From the NCBI RefSeq assembly GCF_016432865.1, contig NC_067398.1, forward strand, positions 117,180,001 to 117,244,000: a DNA stretch of 64,000 nt, read 5' to 3'. Below, piece after piece: positions 30,824 through 41,116 of the stretch (position 1 is its first letter; each line of letters begins with the position of its first letter). This DNA comes from Antechinus flavipes (Eukaryota). The notes under the pieces are model-generated. The model was not told where the DNA came from. It did no database searches and was given only the letters and a program-made list of their open reading frames with translations. Position numbers and translations under genes: made by a program.

Positions 30824-33800
30824 TCAGTCATCACTGGCTCTCATGCCCCTCACTGGCCCTGTCTTCCGCATCTGAAACCCAAGTTGGGATGAGAATGGGG
30901 GTTATGGGAGCTAATAGCATCCATTTTCATTAGGAAATGAGACTCCTAACTTAATCTCATAAGTATCTTTGCTAGTTCTATAACCACACTCTTCTTATTC
31001 CTAACCAGTTTTTCTGCCTCTTCAGGTCTCTTCCCAACTTAAAAAATAATCTAAAATTCTAACTCCAGAGAGAATGCGTGATGGACTAGTCCCCATTCTT
31101 TCACTTACTCTCTTCTCAAATCTCAAAGAGGGACCAAACCAAAGGAATGGAGCTAAAACTAGGTCTGAAGGCTGAACCAACAGGCAAGAGGAGTGAAACA
31201 CATGACAAATGTGAATACACCCTCAAAGAACATTAGAACTAGAGGGGATCGTAATAGTCACCAGGGCCATCCCTCCATTTTCAGAGGAGGAAATCGAAGC
31301 CTAAAGGGAAGTGGCTTGCCCAACAACATGGAGCATGAGATATAGTCAGGTTAAAACCCAGGGCTCTCAGAACTGCCAGGCCTGGGCGCTTTTAATGCCT
31401 TCTCTTGCCTTATCTGAGAAGTCTCTTTAATGTAAAATGAATTGGGTGAGGAGCAGTCCTGGTCCACCTACAATAGTTGGTACCTTTGCTCCCCCTATTT
31501 ATCTTGGAGTCAGGACACGTGGCTTTGAATCTTTCCACGGAAACTCCCAGACCTATGACCACCAACAACCTGAGTCTGTTTCCTCATCGTCAAAATGGGG
31601 ATGACGATAATTGCCTGACCTCCTCCATAAGGTTGTTGTAAAGAAAGTACTTTAAATCACACAGCACATGTATCAATCTCTAGGTTACAAGCTCCTCAAG
31701 GGTAGGGTAAGCTCTCCATTTTTTCTCTTTCTCCTAACTTCTCTCTATTCAATTCTACAAATACGTATTGATTGCTTTTTATGTGCAAGGCACCGCAGAT
31801 AAAAATACAAAAACAGGACAGTTCCTTTCTGCAAAGGGTTTACATTCCATCAGGGCCCTGGTTTGGTGCTGAGTTTATAGCAACGGCTCGTCAATATTTG
31901 CTGACTGATTGATTAGTTTTTCCCAGTTCTTCCCATCTGTCCACTACATTGAACCATTACCTGGTCCAATTCTCGCTGGGTCTCCTCCTCCAGGTTCCGG
32001 ATGTCCTCCATGGACAGATCAACCCACTGATCCAGCCAACAGAAGAGCTGCCTGTGGAAGTTGGTGAAGAGCCGCTTTTCTTGCTGTGGGAAGAGGGGGA
32101 GGGTTCTACGAGAATCAGCCTATGTAACTGATACAGCAGTGTTCTGACCCAGTTTCCCACAGGCTTGAAGCTCCAAAGACCTTGGTCCACTTCGAGGGAC
32201 AAGGAACCTCTTTGGACATGGTCCATGGGATCTTGCTTTTGGCTCTAGGTACTAATTTCTCAACTTCTTGATCCCAAACAAAAGGTATCAAACCTCTGGA
32301 CTTTGACTTGTCAGAAGTATGCTCTTGGTCGATCACCTCTTTCCACATATTCAAAGTTCTTACCAGATATTTGATTTTAGAATCCACACCCTCTTTCCTT
32401 TCCATCCTATCAATTGTATTCAACTGCCAACATCTCCACTTATTAGTCAATTTAACTATATTCAAATACCAACACCTCCACTTATTAGTTAATTTAGCTC
32501 AGACATGGTGTTCTTTTAAAGTGGACCAAGAATGGCCCAAAGTCAATGTGGAACCTACTCAGCAGTTCTACAATCACAGATTCACTTTCAGCCAAATGGG
32601 AAGTCACCTGATTATATATAGGGCATTTGGGGTACTCTAATGATGTAACTAGTTTTCCATCCAAAGCAGGGAAAAGACAAAAAGAGAGATCACATTATGG
32701 TTTTTCCTATCATATTAAAAAAATAATGCACTACTCTGAATGCACACCAATGTGAGCCCATCTGTTACAAAGACCCAGGGTTCCATCGCTCTCAGACCCT
32801 TACCTAGGTCAGACCTCAAAGGTTTTCCATCTTTACCTCAGTCCTTTAAGTAAGAGCCTGAAGCTTGAATCTCCCATCTCCCACCCTCTGAATCAGAACC
32901 CATGGCCACCCCATCCATCTTCTCCAACCTTATGGATGAAGTTCTCCACTCGTCCCTGGAGCCCCCACCATCGGAACTTGACAGTCACCAATTTGTAGGC
33001 ACACATGTGGGGTGGATGGTTCAACAATTCCCTCTGTACAAAGATATAAACATAGATACACTACTAACCCGAGAGCCTTGGGGAACTAAGCCTCTATCTG
33101 CCCAACCTTGCCCAGTTTGAGCAAGGATAGGGAAATAATTTACCTGCCAGTTGGGTCCCAAGGGGCCACGTCCTGTTTTGACAGACTTGAAGAGAGCAGG
33201 GTCCTCTTCTGGTTTATAATCCTGGAAGGAAGAGAGGGAGCTGTGAAAGAAACTCTAACCTCCTCTCAAAGAAGTTGCTCCCAGTTCTCTACCTTTCCTG
33301 AGGCCTAAGCATTGCTCCTCCTAGTCCCCAGGTTTTCTCACAGAACCTGCTCCCCTCTTGAAATGCAAGTATTTTATCATTCAGTCCCCAGTTCTACTTC
33401 ACTTACCTCATCAGACACTTGGGCCCTATCAGCAATGTCAATATGAACCACCTCCACCTCCTTCCATGTCTCTGCATCAAGCTGGTGAACCTAGGGAAAG
33501 AGTAGAGAGGGAACAGGATGCTTGTGATACAAGGAGACAATGGGGGCTGAGGGAAGTCAGTGAGTAAGTGTTTAAGGAGCACCTGTTTTGTGCTCGGCAC
33601 TGTGAGGAATACAAGAAGCATAAGGCACTAGGCCCTCCAAAGGCTTCCATTCTAGTAAAGAATACTCAACCACAGAAAACAACCATGAACAATACGAGAC
33701 AGGATATGTTTAACTATCTACTACATTACATGGTAGAGATTCAGCATTCTACCTCCTCTCTGGAGAGGGAAGCTGGGTTATCATCTGTCCAGTCCCAGCA

Positions 33801-35958
33801 GAGAACCGGTATAAGAAATACCAATTAACATGCACATATTGAGCACCTACTAGATGCTTAACACTGTAGTGGACACTGTATGGGGACACAAGAGAAGTAT
33901 AAGACATGATTTTGCTTTCAAAGACCTTAATCTAATGGGAGAAGCAAACGACTACAGGTAAAACAGAGAGCAACTAAATAGTAAACTTCGTGTAGCTGAT
34001 TGTAAGTGCTGCTGGTAAGATTTTGGAGAAGGAAGAAGTCAGAGGTGCTGGGGAAGGCTTCGTGGAAAGGAGAGCTTCAAGTTAAGCCTTGACCAAAAAA
34101 TGGGACTTTTAGAAGGGAAGGACAGAAGACAAGGGATTCTGATTTGGGGGAGAGGGGTAAGAGATGGAGGGGCAAAGGAGAGGAATACAAGCATGACTGG
34201 GGAACTATACACAGACTTGCCTAAATGAAGTTTCTGTTGGAAAACAGAGGACATGAGGAAGGGCAGGAAATAACTAGTGTAGGAGACCCCTAAATTCTCT
34301 AGGGACAGAGGACCGTGAGGATAGGGAAGGGTAGGGAACAAAGGGACAAGTTCTTAGAGGTAAATATAGCTAGACATCCAAGTGCACGGGGAAGGGATCT
34401 ACTACACGCCAGGCTAAGAGCTTAACTAATATTACCTCATTAAATCCTCACAACCCTGGAAGGCAGTTGCCATAATGATGTCCATTTGAGGAAACTGAAG
34501 CAGACATAGGTTAAGTGACTTGTCCAGGTCACCCAGCTAGTAAGTGTCCCAGGTGAGATTTGAATTCAGGTCTTCCTGACTCCAGGCCAGCGCTCTGACC
34601 ACTGTACTACCTCACTGAGATTTACTTCACACTCACGTTGTCCTCAGTCCCCATGTCTGGACGATGCCAGGTTTCGATCTTGATGAAGAAATCATCCTTC
34701 ATGTATTCATTCTGGATATAAGAACAGGAGGAGACTTAGGGAAAACAAGATCCATGTTTTAGCTAAACCCTCCCCATTCTCTGACAATAGGGGCTCTTAC
34801 CGTGATGACTAAGGTAGATGCAGTGGCCAGATGGAAGGCAAGTAATTTCAGAGAAATGAAGGGAAAAAAGGCAAAAAGATGGGAAAAAGAACAGGAACCG
34901 ATTAGAGCAACGTAACACAAAGGACCTCCCAGCCACCAGTTTTCCCACCCCATTTAAGGTGTCGGGACAGAGGGATCAGGTTTCTGATGTTCCAGGACCC
35001 CCATGTCTTTTCTCAGACCCTGACCTCTGGCCTTCTCCCCGTCCCCACCCCCCACCCCCCAACTCTCCTCACCGGTCCGGCAATAAGGGTAGGCGTTCCA
35101 GGCCTTCTCATGAAACACCAGGGAGCCCTCTGGGGCGAACAGGCGAACAAATCCTGGAACTTTGCTGGGGGGTGAAGGAAGCCAGGGTCAGGGGCCAAAA
35201 GTCCAGGCCGAGCCCCGCTCCCCCCAGGCGCTTCCCAAGTCCCGAGCCACTCTCACCTCTGCAGGTGGTAGATCTTGTGGGTAAACTGGCCCCGCTCGCC
35301 AGGACCCCCCTCGTAGGGCTGATTGATGAGGACCTCGATGCCCTCACCGCCCCCAGTGTTATTCTTGCTGGTCTGAGCCACGGAATACAACTGTCCCACT
35401 TGATACTGAGCGCAGAGAGAGAACAGCCGGGTGAGGAAAGAGGATCGGACAGAGCCCAGACCGTGGGCAGCCTCCCTTATTCCCCGGCAGATGGTGGGAG
35501 GACCCTTGGGGAGAATGAAAGGTGGGCTGAGAACCAGGGGCTGGGAGGTGGGTGGGGGGAACATCTCACCTCCTCCACGGAGCAGGGCAGCAGCACCCGG
35601 CTGCGGGGAAAAAAAAGACGTAGTGAGGGGCGTGGGAGACCCTTTCTCTATGCATCCGAAACTACGGGAACAATGATTGCTTTTTTGGAGCTGGCTCTAC
35701 GGTGAGACGGAGGAGCAGAGCAAGCGTTTCACATCGGCTGAAATGTAGCCCCAGAACGGTTAAAACGACTCGCCCGTGCACGCAAACTAGTTAAGGTTTT
35801 GGGGCAAAGTCCGGCGCCTCTAGGTCCAGGTTTTCTCGTGCACAGCCTCCCTCCAGCTGTCCCGATCCCTATCAGCACCCTGCACAACACCGCTCCCCAA
35901 ACCTTCCTCTCCCATTCAGCCTCGGAACCCCTACTCACAACTCTTTGATCAGGACCAT
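30824..35958 (-). CDS. Class I phosphatidylinositol transfer protein (PITPNA/PITPNB-like third paralogue), 270 aa. Exons: 35939-35958, 35570-35600, 35257-35405, 35073-35164, 34801-34808, 34637-34711, 33407-33490, 33144-33221, 32929-33033, 31961-32083, 30824-30871
   Basis: 11 GT-AG exons join to an 813-nt stop-free ORF: [270 protein letters not shown]. Intron positions follow the PITPNA/B pattern. Confidence 0.96.
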
Positions 35959-36420
35959 CTCGCTTCCAGTTTCTCTAATGGGGACCCCCCACCCCACCCC
36001 GGCCGGTGGTCACCCTTCCCCCCTTCCGGAAGCGGAAACTGGAGACCCTGATCCCCAACAATACCGCTAACTCCCAATCTCAGCCATTTCCGCCCGTCGG
36101 TGGGCAGGGGCCGGACGGCTTCGGGCTCGATGAGATGATGTCATTCTAAAGGGTCTCGGAAAGCTCCACCCCCAATCCCCCAACCCCCCACGTCCCCCCG
36201 ACTCTTTTTCCTTCCTTATAGAGAAGCGATCTTAACTAGAATCCGGTTCTTCGAAAGGAGATACGCCGCAGGTGCGGAGGACTCCGGCAGAGAGGACTAC
36301 TATTCCCAGTGGGCAACGCGCCATTTCAGTTCACTCTCCCGCTCCCTGCTCTTGTCCTAGCAGGGCATTTGGCGCTAGTTATCCTGGGAAGTGTAGTTTA
36401 TTTTTTGAAGGGCCGGCATC
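34990..36420. promoter_or_regulatory. CpG island / promoter of the PITP gene
   Basis: CpG-rich block over exons 1-4 and upstream; tandem ETS CCGGAAGCGGAAA near 36026-36038; two ZNF143/SBS-type motifs, ACTACTATTCCCAG 36296-36309 (+) and ACTACACTTCCCAG 36397-36384 (-). Confidence 0.8.
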
Positions 36421-36759
36421 ATCAATTTCAAAGCTCCACCTTTAGAGGTTTCAGAGATTGAGGGTGTGGTCTGAAGGGTGAACAAAGAGACTGAAGAAAG
36501 GAAGTGTCTGCGTTTCCTCAGTGACCCAGAGAAAAGTAGAAGGGAGATGCTGGAGACTGAGAGCCCGGCTTCATATTCTGCTTGTGACCTCGTACTACTG
36601 TGTGACCTTACTTTACCTCCTTTGGGTCTAAATTTCCTCGGCTCTGAAATGAGGTGAAAAAGTTGGACCAGTTGGGCTCCAGTTCTTGTCTGATCAGACG
36701 CTGGAATCGGAGTCAGGAATAATAATTATAGTAAACATTTGTTAAGTGCTTAAGGCAGT

Positions 36760-36965
36760 TACGGTGGTATAGGGAGTGGAGGAAGACCTGAGTTCAAATC
36801 CGCTTCAGACTACACTGGCTGTATGATCTTGGGCAAGTCACCTAACTCTGTTTGCCTCCGCTCCCCGTCTGTTAAATGAGCTGCGGAAGGAAACACAAGC
36901 CGGACCAGTATCTGCCAAGAAAACCCCATAGAGGGTCGCAAAGAGTCCCAAGCGAACCACAACAC
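36760..36965 (+). mobile_element. MAR1-type SINE (CORE plus RTE-derived tail)
   Basis: gacctgagttcaaatcc...gggcaagtcac...ccagtatctgccaagaaaaccccatagagggtcgcaaagagtc. Confidence 0.7.
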
Positions 36966-37137
36966 TTAGCACCTACTCTGTACAGTCACCGTTCTAATTA
37001 ATACATTATTATTTAACATTTTATAAAATAACAATACTTCATTGTTTAATTGTGTGTTATTTAATGTTAGAAAATCTATTATTACCTAACAATAATAGCT
37101 AACGTTTCCGTAGCACTTACTAAATACCGTACTAAGT

Positions 37138-37281
37138 NNNNNNNNNNNNNNNNNNNNNNNNNNNNNNNNNNNNNNNNNNNNNNNNNNNNNNNNNNNNNNN
37201 NNNNNNNNNNNNNNNNNNNNNNNNNNNNNNNNNNNNNNNNNNNNNNNNNNNNNNNNNNNNNNNNNNNNNNNNNNNNNNNNN
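37138..37281. other. Assembly gap (144 N)
   Basis: Run of N. Confidence 1.
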
Positions 37282-37569
37282 ATTGACAGAATCCATGTCA
37301 GGGTAATTTTTTTACATTATCCCTTGCACTCGTTTCTGTTCCGATTTTTCCCCTCCCTCCACCCCCTCCCCTAGATGGCAAGCAGTCCTATATATGTTGG
37401 ATATGTTGCAGTATATCCTAGATACAATATATGTTTGCAGAACCGAACAGTTTTCTTATTGCACAGGGAGAATTGGATTCAGAAGGTATAAATAATCCGG
37501 GAAGAAAAACAAAAACGCAGATAGTTCACATTCGTTTCCCAGTGTTCTTTCTTTGGGTGTAGCTGCTTC
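37282..37569 (-). mobile_element. Young L1 3' UTR fragment; its tail runs into the gap
   Basis: Reverse complement of the L1 3' UTR at 37714-38005. Confidence 0.85.
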
Positions 37570-37620
37570 CAGACAGGTTAAATTTCTTGCCATCCCATAA
37601 CCAGTAAGTATCTGAGGTGG

Positions 37621-38047
37621 TCGACAACGATATTGTATGAGGATGTATTCTGATGGAAGTGGATTTCTTTGACAAAGAGACCTAACTGAGTTTCAGTTGA
37701 TCAATGATGGACAGAAGCACCTACACCCAAAGAAAGAACACTAGGAAACGAATGTGAACTATTTGCATTTTTGTTTTTCTTCCTAGGTTATTTTTACCTT
37801 CTGAATCCAATTCTCCCTGTGCAACAAGAGAACTGTTTGGTTCTGCAAACATATACTGTATCTAGGATATACTGCAACATATTTAACATATATAGGACTG
37901 CTTGCCATCTGGGGGAGGGGGTGGAGGGAGGGAGGGGAAAAATCGGAACAGAAGTGAATGCAAGGAATAATGTAAAAAATTACCCTGCCATGAGTTCTAT
38001 CAATATAAAGTTATTATTAAATAAAATAAAATAAAATATTTTTTAAA
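37621..38047 (+). mobile_element. Young 5'-truncated L1
   Basis: 3' UTR with (taaaa)n tail; TSD aagtatctga(g/c)gtgg at 37606-37620 and 38048-38062. Confidence 0.9.
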
Positions 38048-39369
38048 AAGTATCTGACGTGGACTCTGTGGATCTAGCACTTCATCTACCAGGCCATCTA
38101 AGCATTTTGCTATCCTAGTGATAAAGTATATAGGGTGACTATATATGAGTTATTTACTGTTATCACTACCACCCTACCTGAAAGTATAGATGTTAGGCCC
38201 TGTCTTATCCCTTCTTGATGCTATTTTCAGAATACAAGAAATTACAAAATGGAAGATAATACATTTCTACTCTCTTAAAAAAACGAATTCTTAAAATAGC
38301 AGAATTGAAAAGGGACCATAGAATCTCATTCACAGATTGAATTTCCCCACTCCCCTCTGAGCAAGTATCTATTTTCATAGGTTCTAGTACTCCATGAGTC
38401 CAGACTCCTAAAACTCTAGGTGAAAAGCCCCCACTGGTGAGCTTACATTTAATAGCTAGTAATGAGACATAATAAGCTCAAAGCTAAGACATTTACTAAG
38501 ACGATATGATAACTAAGTTATAAAACATTTGCCCATAAATTTGTGGGGCCCTATCTCATAAATAATCATATCATCAATGGAAAGAATGGACACAAACTTG
38601 GAGCACACTAATTGTAAGATTTACTTATAAGGACATGGGACCAAAGGTACTCATACCTCCAGTACTGCACAATCCCAGTATTCAGTTTGTGGAGTTCCTT
38701 TGACTGAACTGTTCAGATGGGATCCTTAGGCTGCTTCTTTCTCCACAGCTTGACTGATTCTCTCCTGCTTCATCTGGGGTGTATGGAGGGAAGTTTTCAA
38801 GACTTGCCATTTCCTTTTCATGGCTGCTGATCCACCTTTTGTGATTCCAAAAAGCTGTAGCTGAGAGGAGAGACCTTTCAGTACACAGCCTAAATTAAAC
38901 CTGACTAAGGATAACTGTGGGTCTGAAACTCATCTGTGAGTTAAGGACATGTGGAGACTTCCCCCTGGAAGAATGGGTAAATTAGAAGAGTTTATTCCAA
39001 TGACCATAAAGGCAGCTGAAGCTATGGAACATTTAGAATTTGGTCAGATACTGGAGATACTCCAAGGTCATTCATGGCATCCTGGGCCATCACTCACCAT
39101 CTTGATTTTTGCCATTTTGATTACTGTGGAAGAGAGAATGAGTATGATGACTCTGTGCAACTCTGCCTCACTTATATCTCACAATTAAGACATCACCTTG
39201 TGATGTCATTGGTTCTCTGAAAATGAAGGACCAAAAAACCCCACAAAAACAACTTCTAGGTCTAATTCTCACTTAAACCCATAGTTAGCACTATGTATTT
39301 TCTCTACTTACTGAAATAAAAACTGTCTCATCTGTGATCCTGATAGAAGAAAGATCTTAACATCTCTAA

Positions 39370-41116
39370 TAACCATGATAGTGTGATTCCTGATCAGATA
39401 TCCGGAAGAAAAAAAGTCAAGTGGGCCTTAGGAAGCATTGTTAACAATAAGGCTAATGGAAATGATGTAATTCTAGCTGAGCTATTTTAAATCCTAAAAG
39501 ATGATGATGTTAAAGTTCTGTACTCAATGTACCAGTCAATTAGGAAAACTCAGTAATGGCCACTGAATTGGAAAAAATCAATTTATATCCCAGTCTTAAA
39601 GAAAGACAATGCCAAAGAATGTTCAAATTACCAAACAATTGTACTCATTTCATATGCCAGTAAGGTGATGCCTAAAATTCTACAAGCTAGGTTCCATCAA
39701 TATGTGAATTGAGAATCATTACAAGAGCAAGCTGATTTTCAGATAGGCAGAGGAACTAAAGTCCAGATTGCCCACATTTGCTGGATTATGGAGGAAGTGA
39801 AGGAACTCCCCAAAAATATCTACATCCATTTCACTGACTACATTAAAGCCTCTGGTTGTGTGGATCACAACAAAATGTGGCAAGCCTTTAAAGAGACTCC
39901 TAAGGAATCTGTATGCAAGCCAAGAAACAATAGTTAGAACTGAACATGGAACAACTGATTGGCTTAAGACTGGAAAAGGAGTATGGTGAGATTGTATATC
40001 AGTGGTTCTTAAAGTCAAATCCAGAGATCTCTGGTGGTCTCTGAAACCCTTTCAGAAGGTCTGCAAATTCAAATTAATTTTTTTTCTAATATGGTAAATA
40101 TCTATCAGTATAACCCACATAAACAAAAATTCTTCAGACAGATCCTCAATAGTTTTTTAAATAGTATAAAGATAGTGAAAAGAAAAGTTTGAGATAGTGA
40201 AAACAAAAGTTTGAGAACCACTGCCGTATATTGTCACTTTATTTAACCTATATGCAGATAACATTATGTGAAATGCCAGGATGGATGAATCAAAAGCAAA
40301 AATTAAGATTTAAAGGAGAAATATCAACAATTTCAGATATACAGATGACACCACTGTGATTGCAGAAAGTGAAGAAATTAAGAAGCCTCTTGAAGGGGAA
40401 AGAAGAGAATATAAAAGCTGGCTTGAAGCTTAACATAAAAAAAAAAAATTAAATCTTGGCGATTGGTCTTATCACTTCCTGAAAAATAGAAGGAAAAGAA
40501 ACAGAAGTAGTGTCAGATTTTATATTCTCGAAATTAAAAATCACTGCAGATGCAACTACTGACTTGAAATTAAAAGACATTGGATTCTTGGAAAAATTGC
40601 CAAATCTGAGCAGCACACTTAAAAGCAGAGCTGTCACCTTGCCAATAAATGTCTGTATGATAAAAGCTATGGTTTTTGCAGTAATAATGTATGACTATGA
40701 GATTTAGATTATGAGAAAAGCTGAGTACAGTAGGAATGATACTTTTCTAATTATGATGCTGAAGAAGACTTTTGAGAGTCTTTGGATAGCAAGGAGATAG
40801 AATCAGTCAATAATTAAAAATATTAACTCAGATTATTTTCTGGAAGATCAAATATTGAAGCTGAACTTTAAATACTTTGAAATCATAATGAGAAAATAAG
40901 ACTTATTAGAAAGATTCCTGATGTTGGGGAAAATTAAAGGCAAAAGGAAAAGGATACAGCAGAGAATGAGATAATGTACTATCTCAGATGTATCAGTAGT
41001 GTTATGGAAGTAATGAATGTGATTTTGAGCAAACTTTGGCAGATAATGGAGGACTGAAGAGTCTTGTTGTGCTCTGGTCTATGGGATCACAGAGGCAGAC
41101 CTGACTAAAACAATAA
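39370..41116 (+). mobile_element. Degraded BovB-type RTE LINE (reverse transcriptase region to 3' end)
   Basis: Decayed coding for the BovB RT stretch (VKWALGSI..NKA.G.D.I..ELF.ILKDD.VKVL.S; NAKECSNYQTI.LIS.ASKVM.KILQAR), with many stops and frameshifts. Confidence 0.85.
40000..40223. mobile_element. Non-autonomous hAT-Charlie-type DNA transposon (MITE) nested in the RTE
   Basis: TIRs cagtggttcttaaa and tttgagaaccactg; degenerate 8-bp TSD ttgtatat / ccgtatat. Confidence 0.75.

Noticed and set aside
30802-30831. ATG...CAG|gtaagg ([10 protein letters not shown]) as IL27 exon 1
   Set aside because: It is phase 0 while IL27 exon 2 needs phase 1; the segment is the end of PITP exon 11. The 19-nt exon at 26933-26951 fits phase, sequence and promoter.
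32115-32640. Overlapping 116-aa and 110-aa ORFs in a PITP intron
   Set aside because: Contains L2-like remnant sequence (tattcaactgccaacatctccactt) with a small local duplication; no domain recognised.
34959-35705. 248-aa plus-strand ORF
   Set aside because: Antisense to PITP exons 2-4 in a GC-rich island where stops are rare; no recognisable protein.
30824-35958. PITP gene as a processed pseudogene or as the plain PITPNA/PITPNB orthologue
   Set aside because: It has ten coding-region introns at family positions, no stops or frameshifts and a CpG promoter; its divergence and neighbours do not fit either orthologue (pending a tree).
37282-38047. Twin-priming inversion of a single L1
   Set aside because: Both arms cover the same 3' UTR sequence and the plus arm has its own TSD, so they are two insertions.
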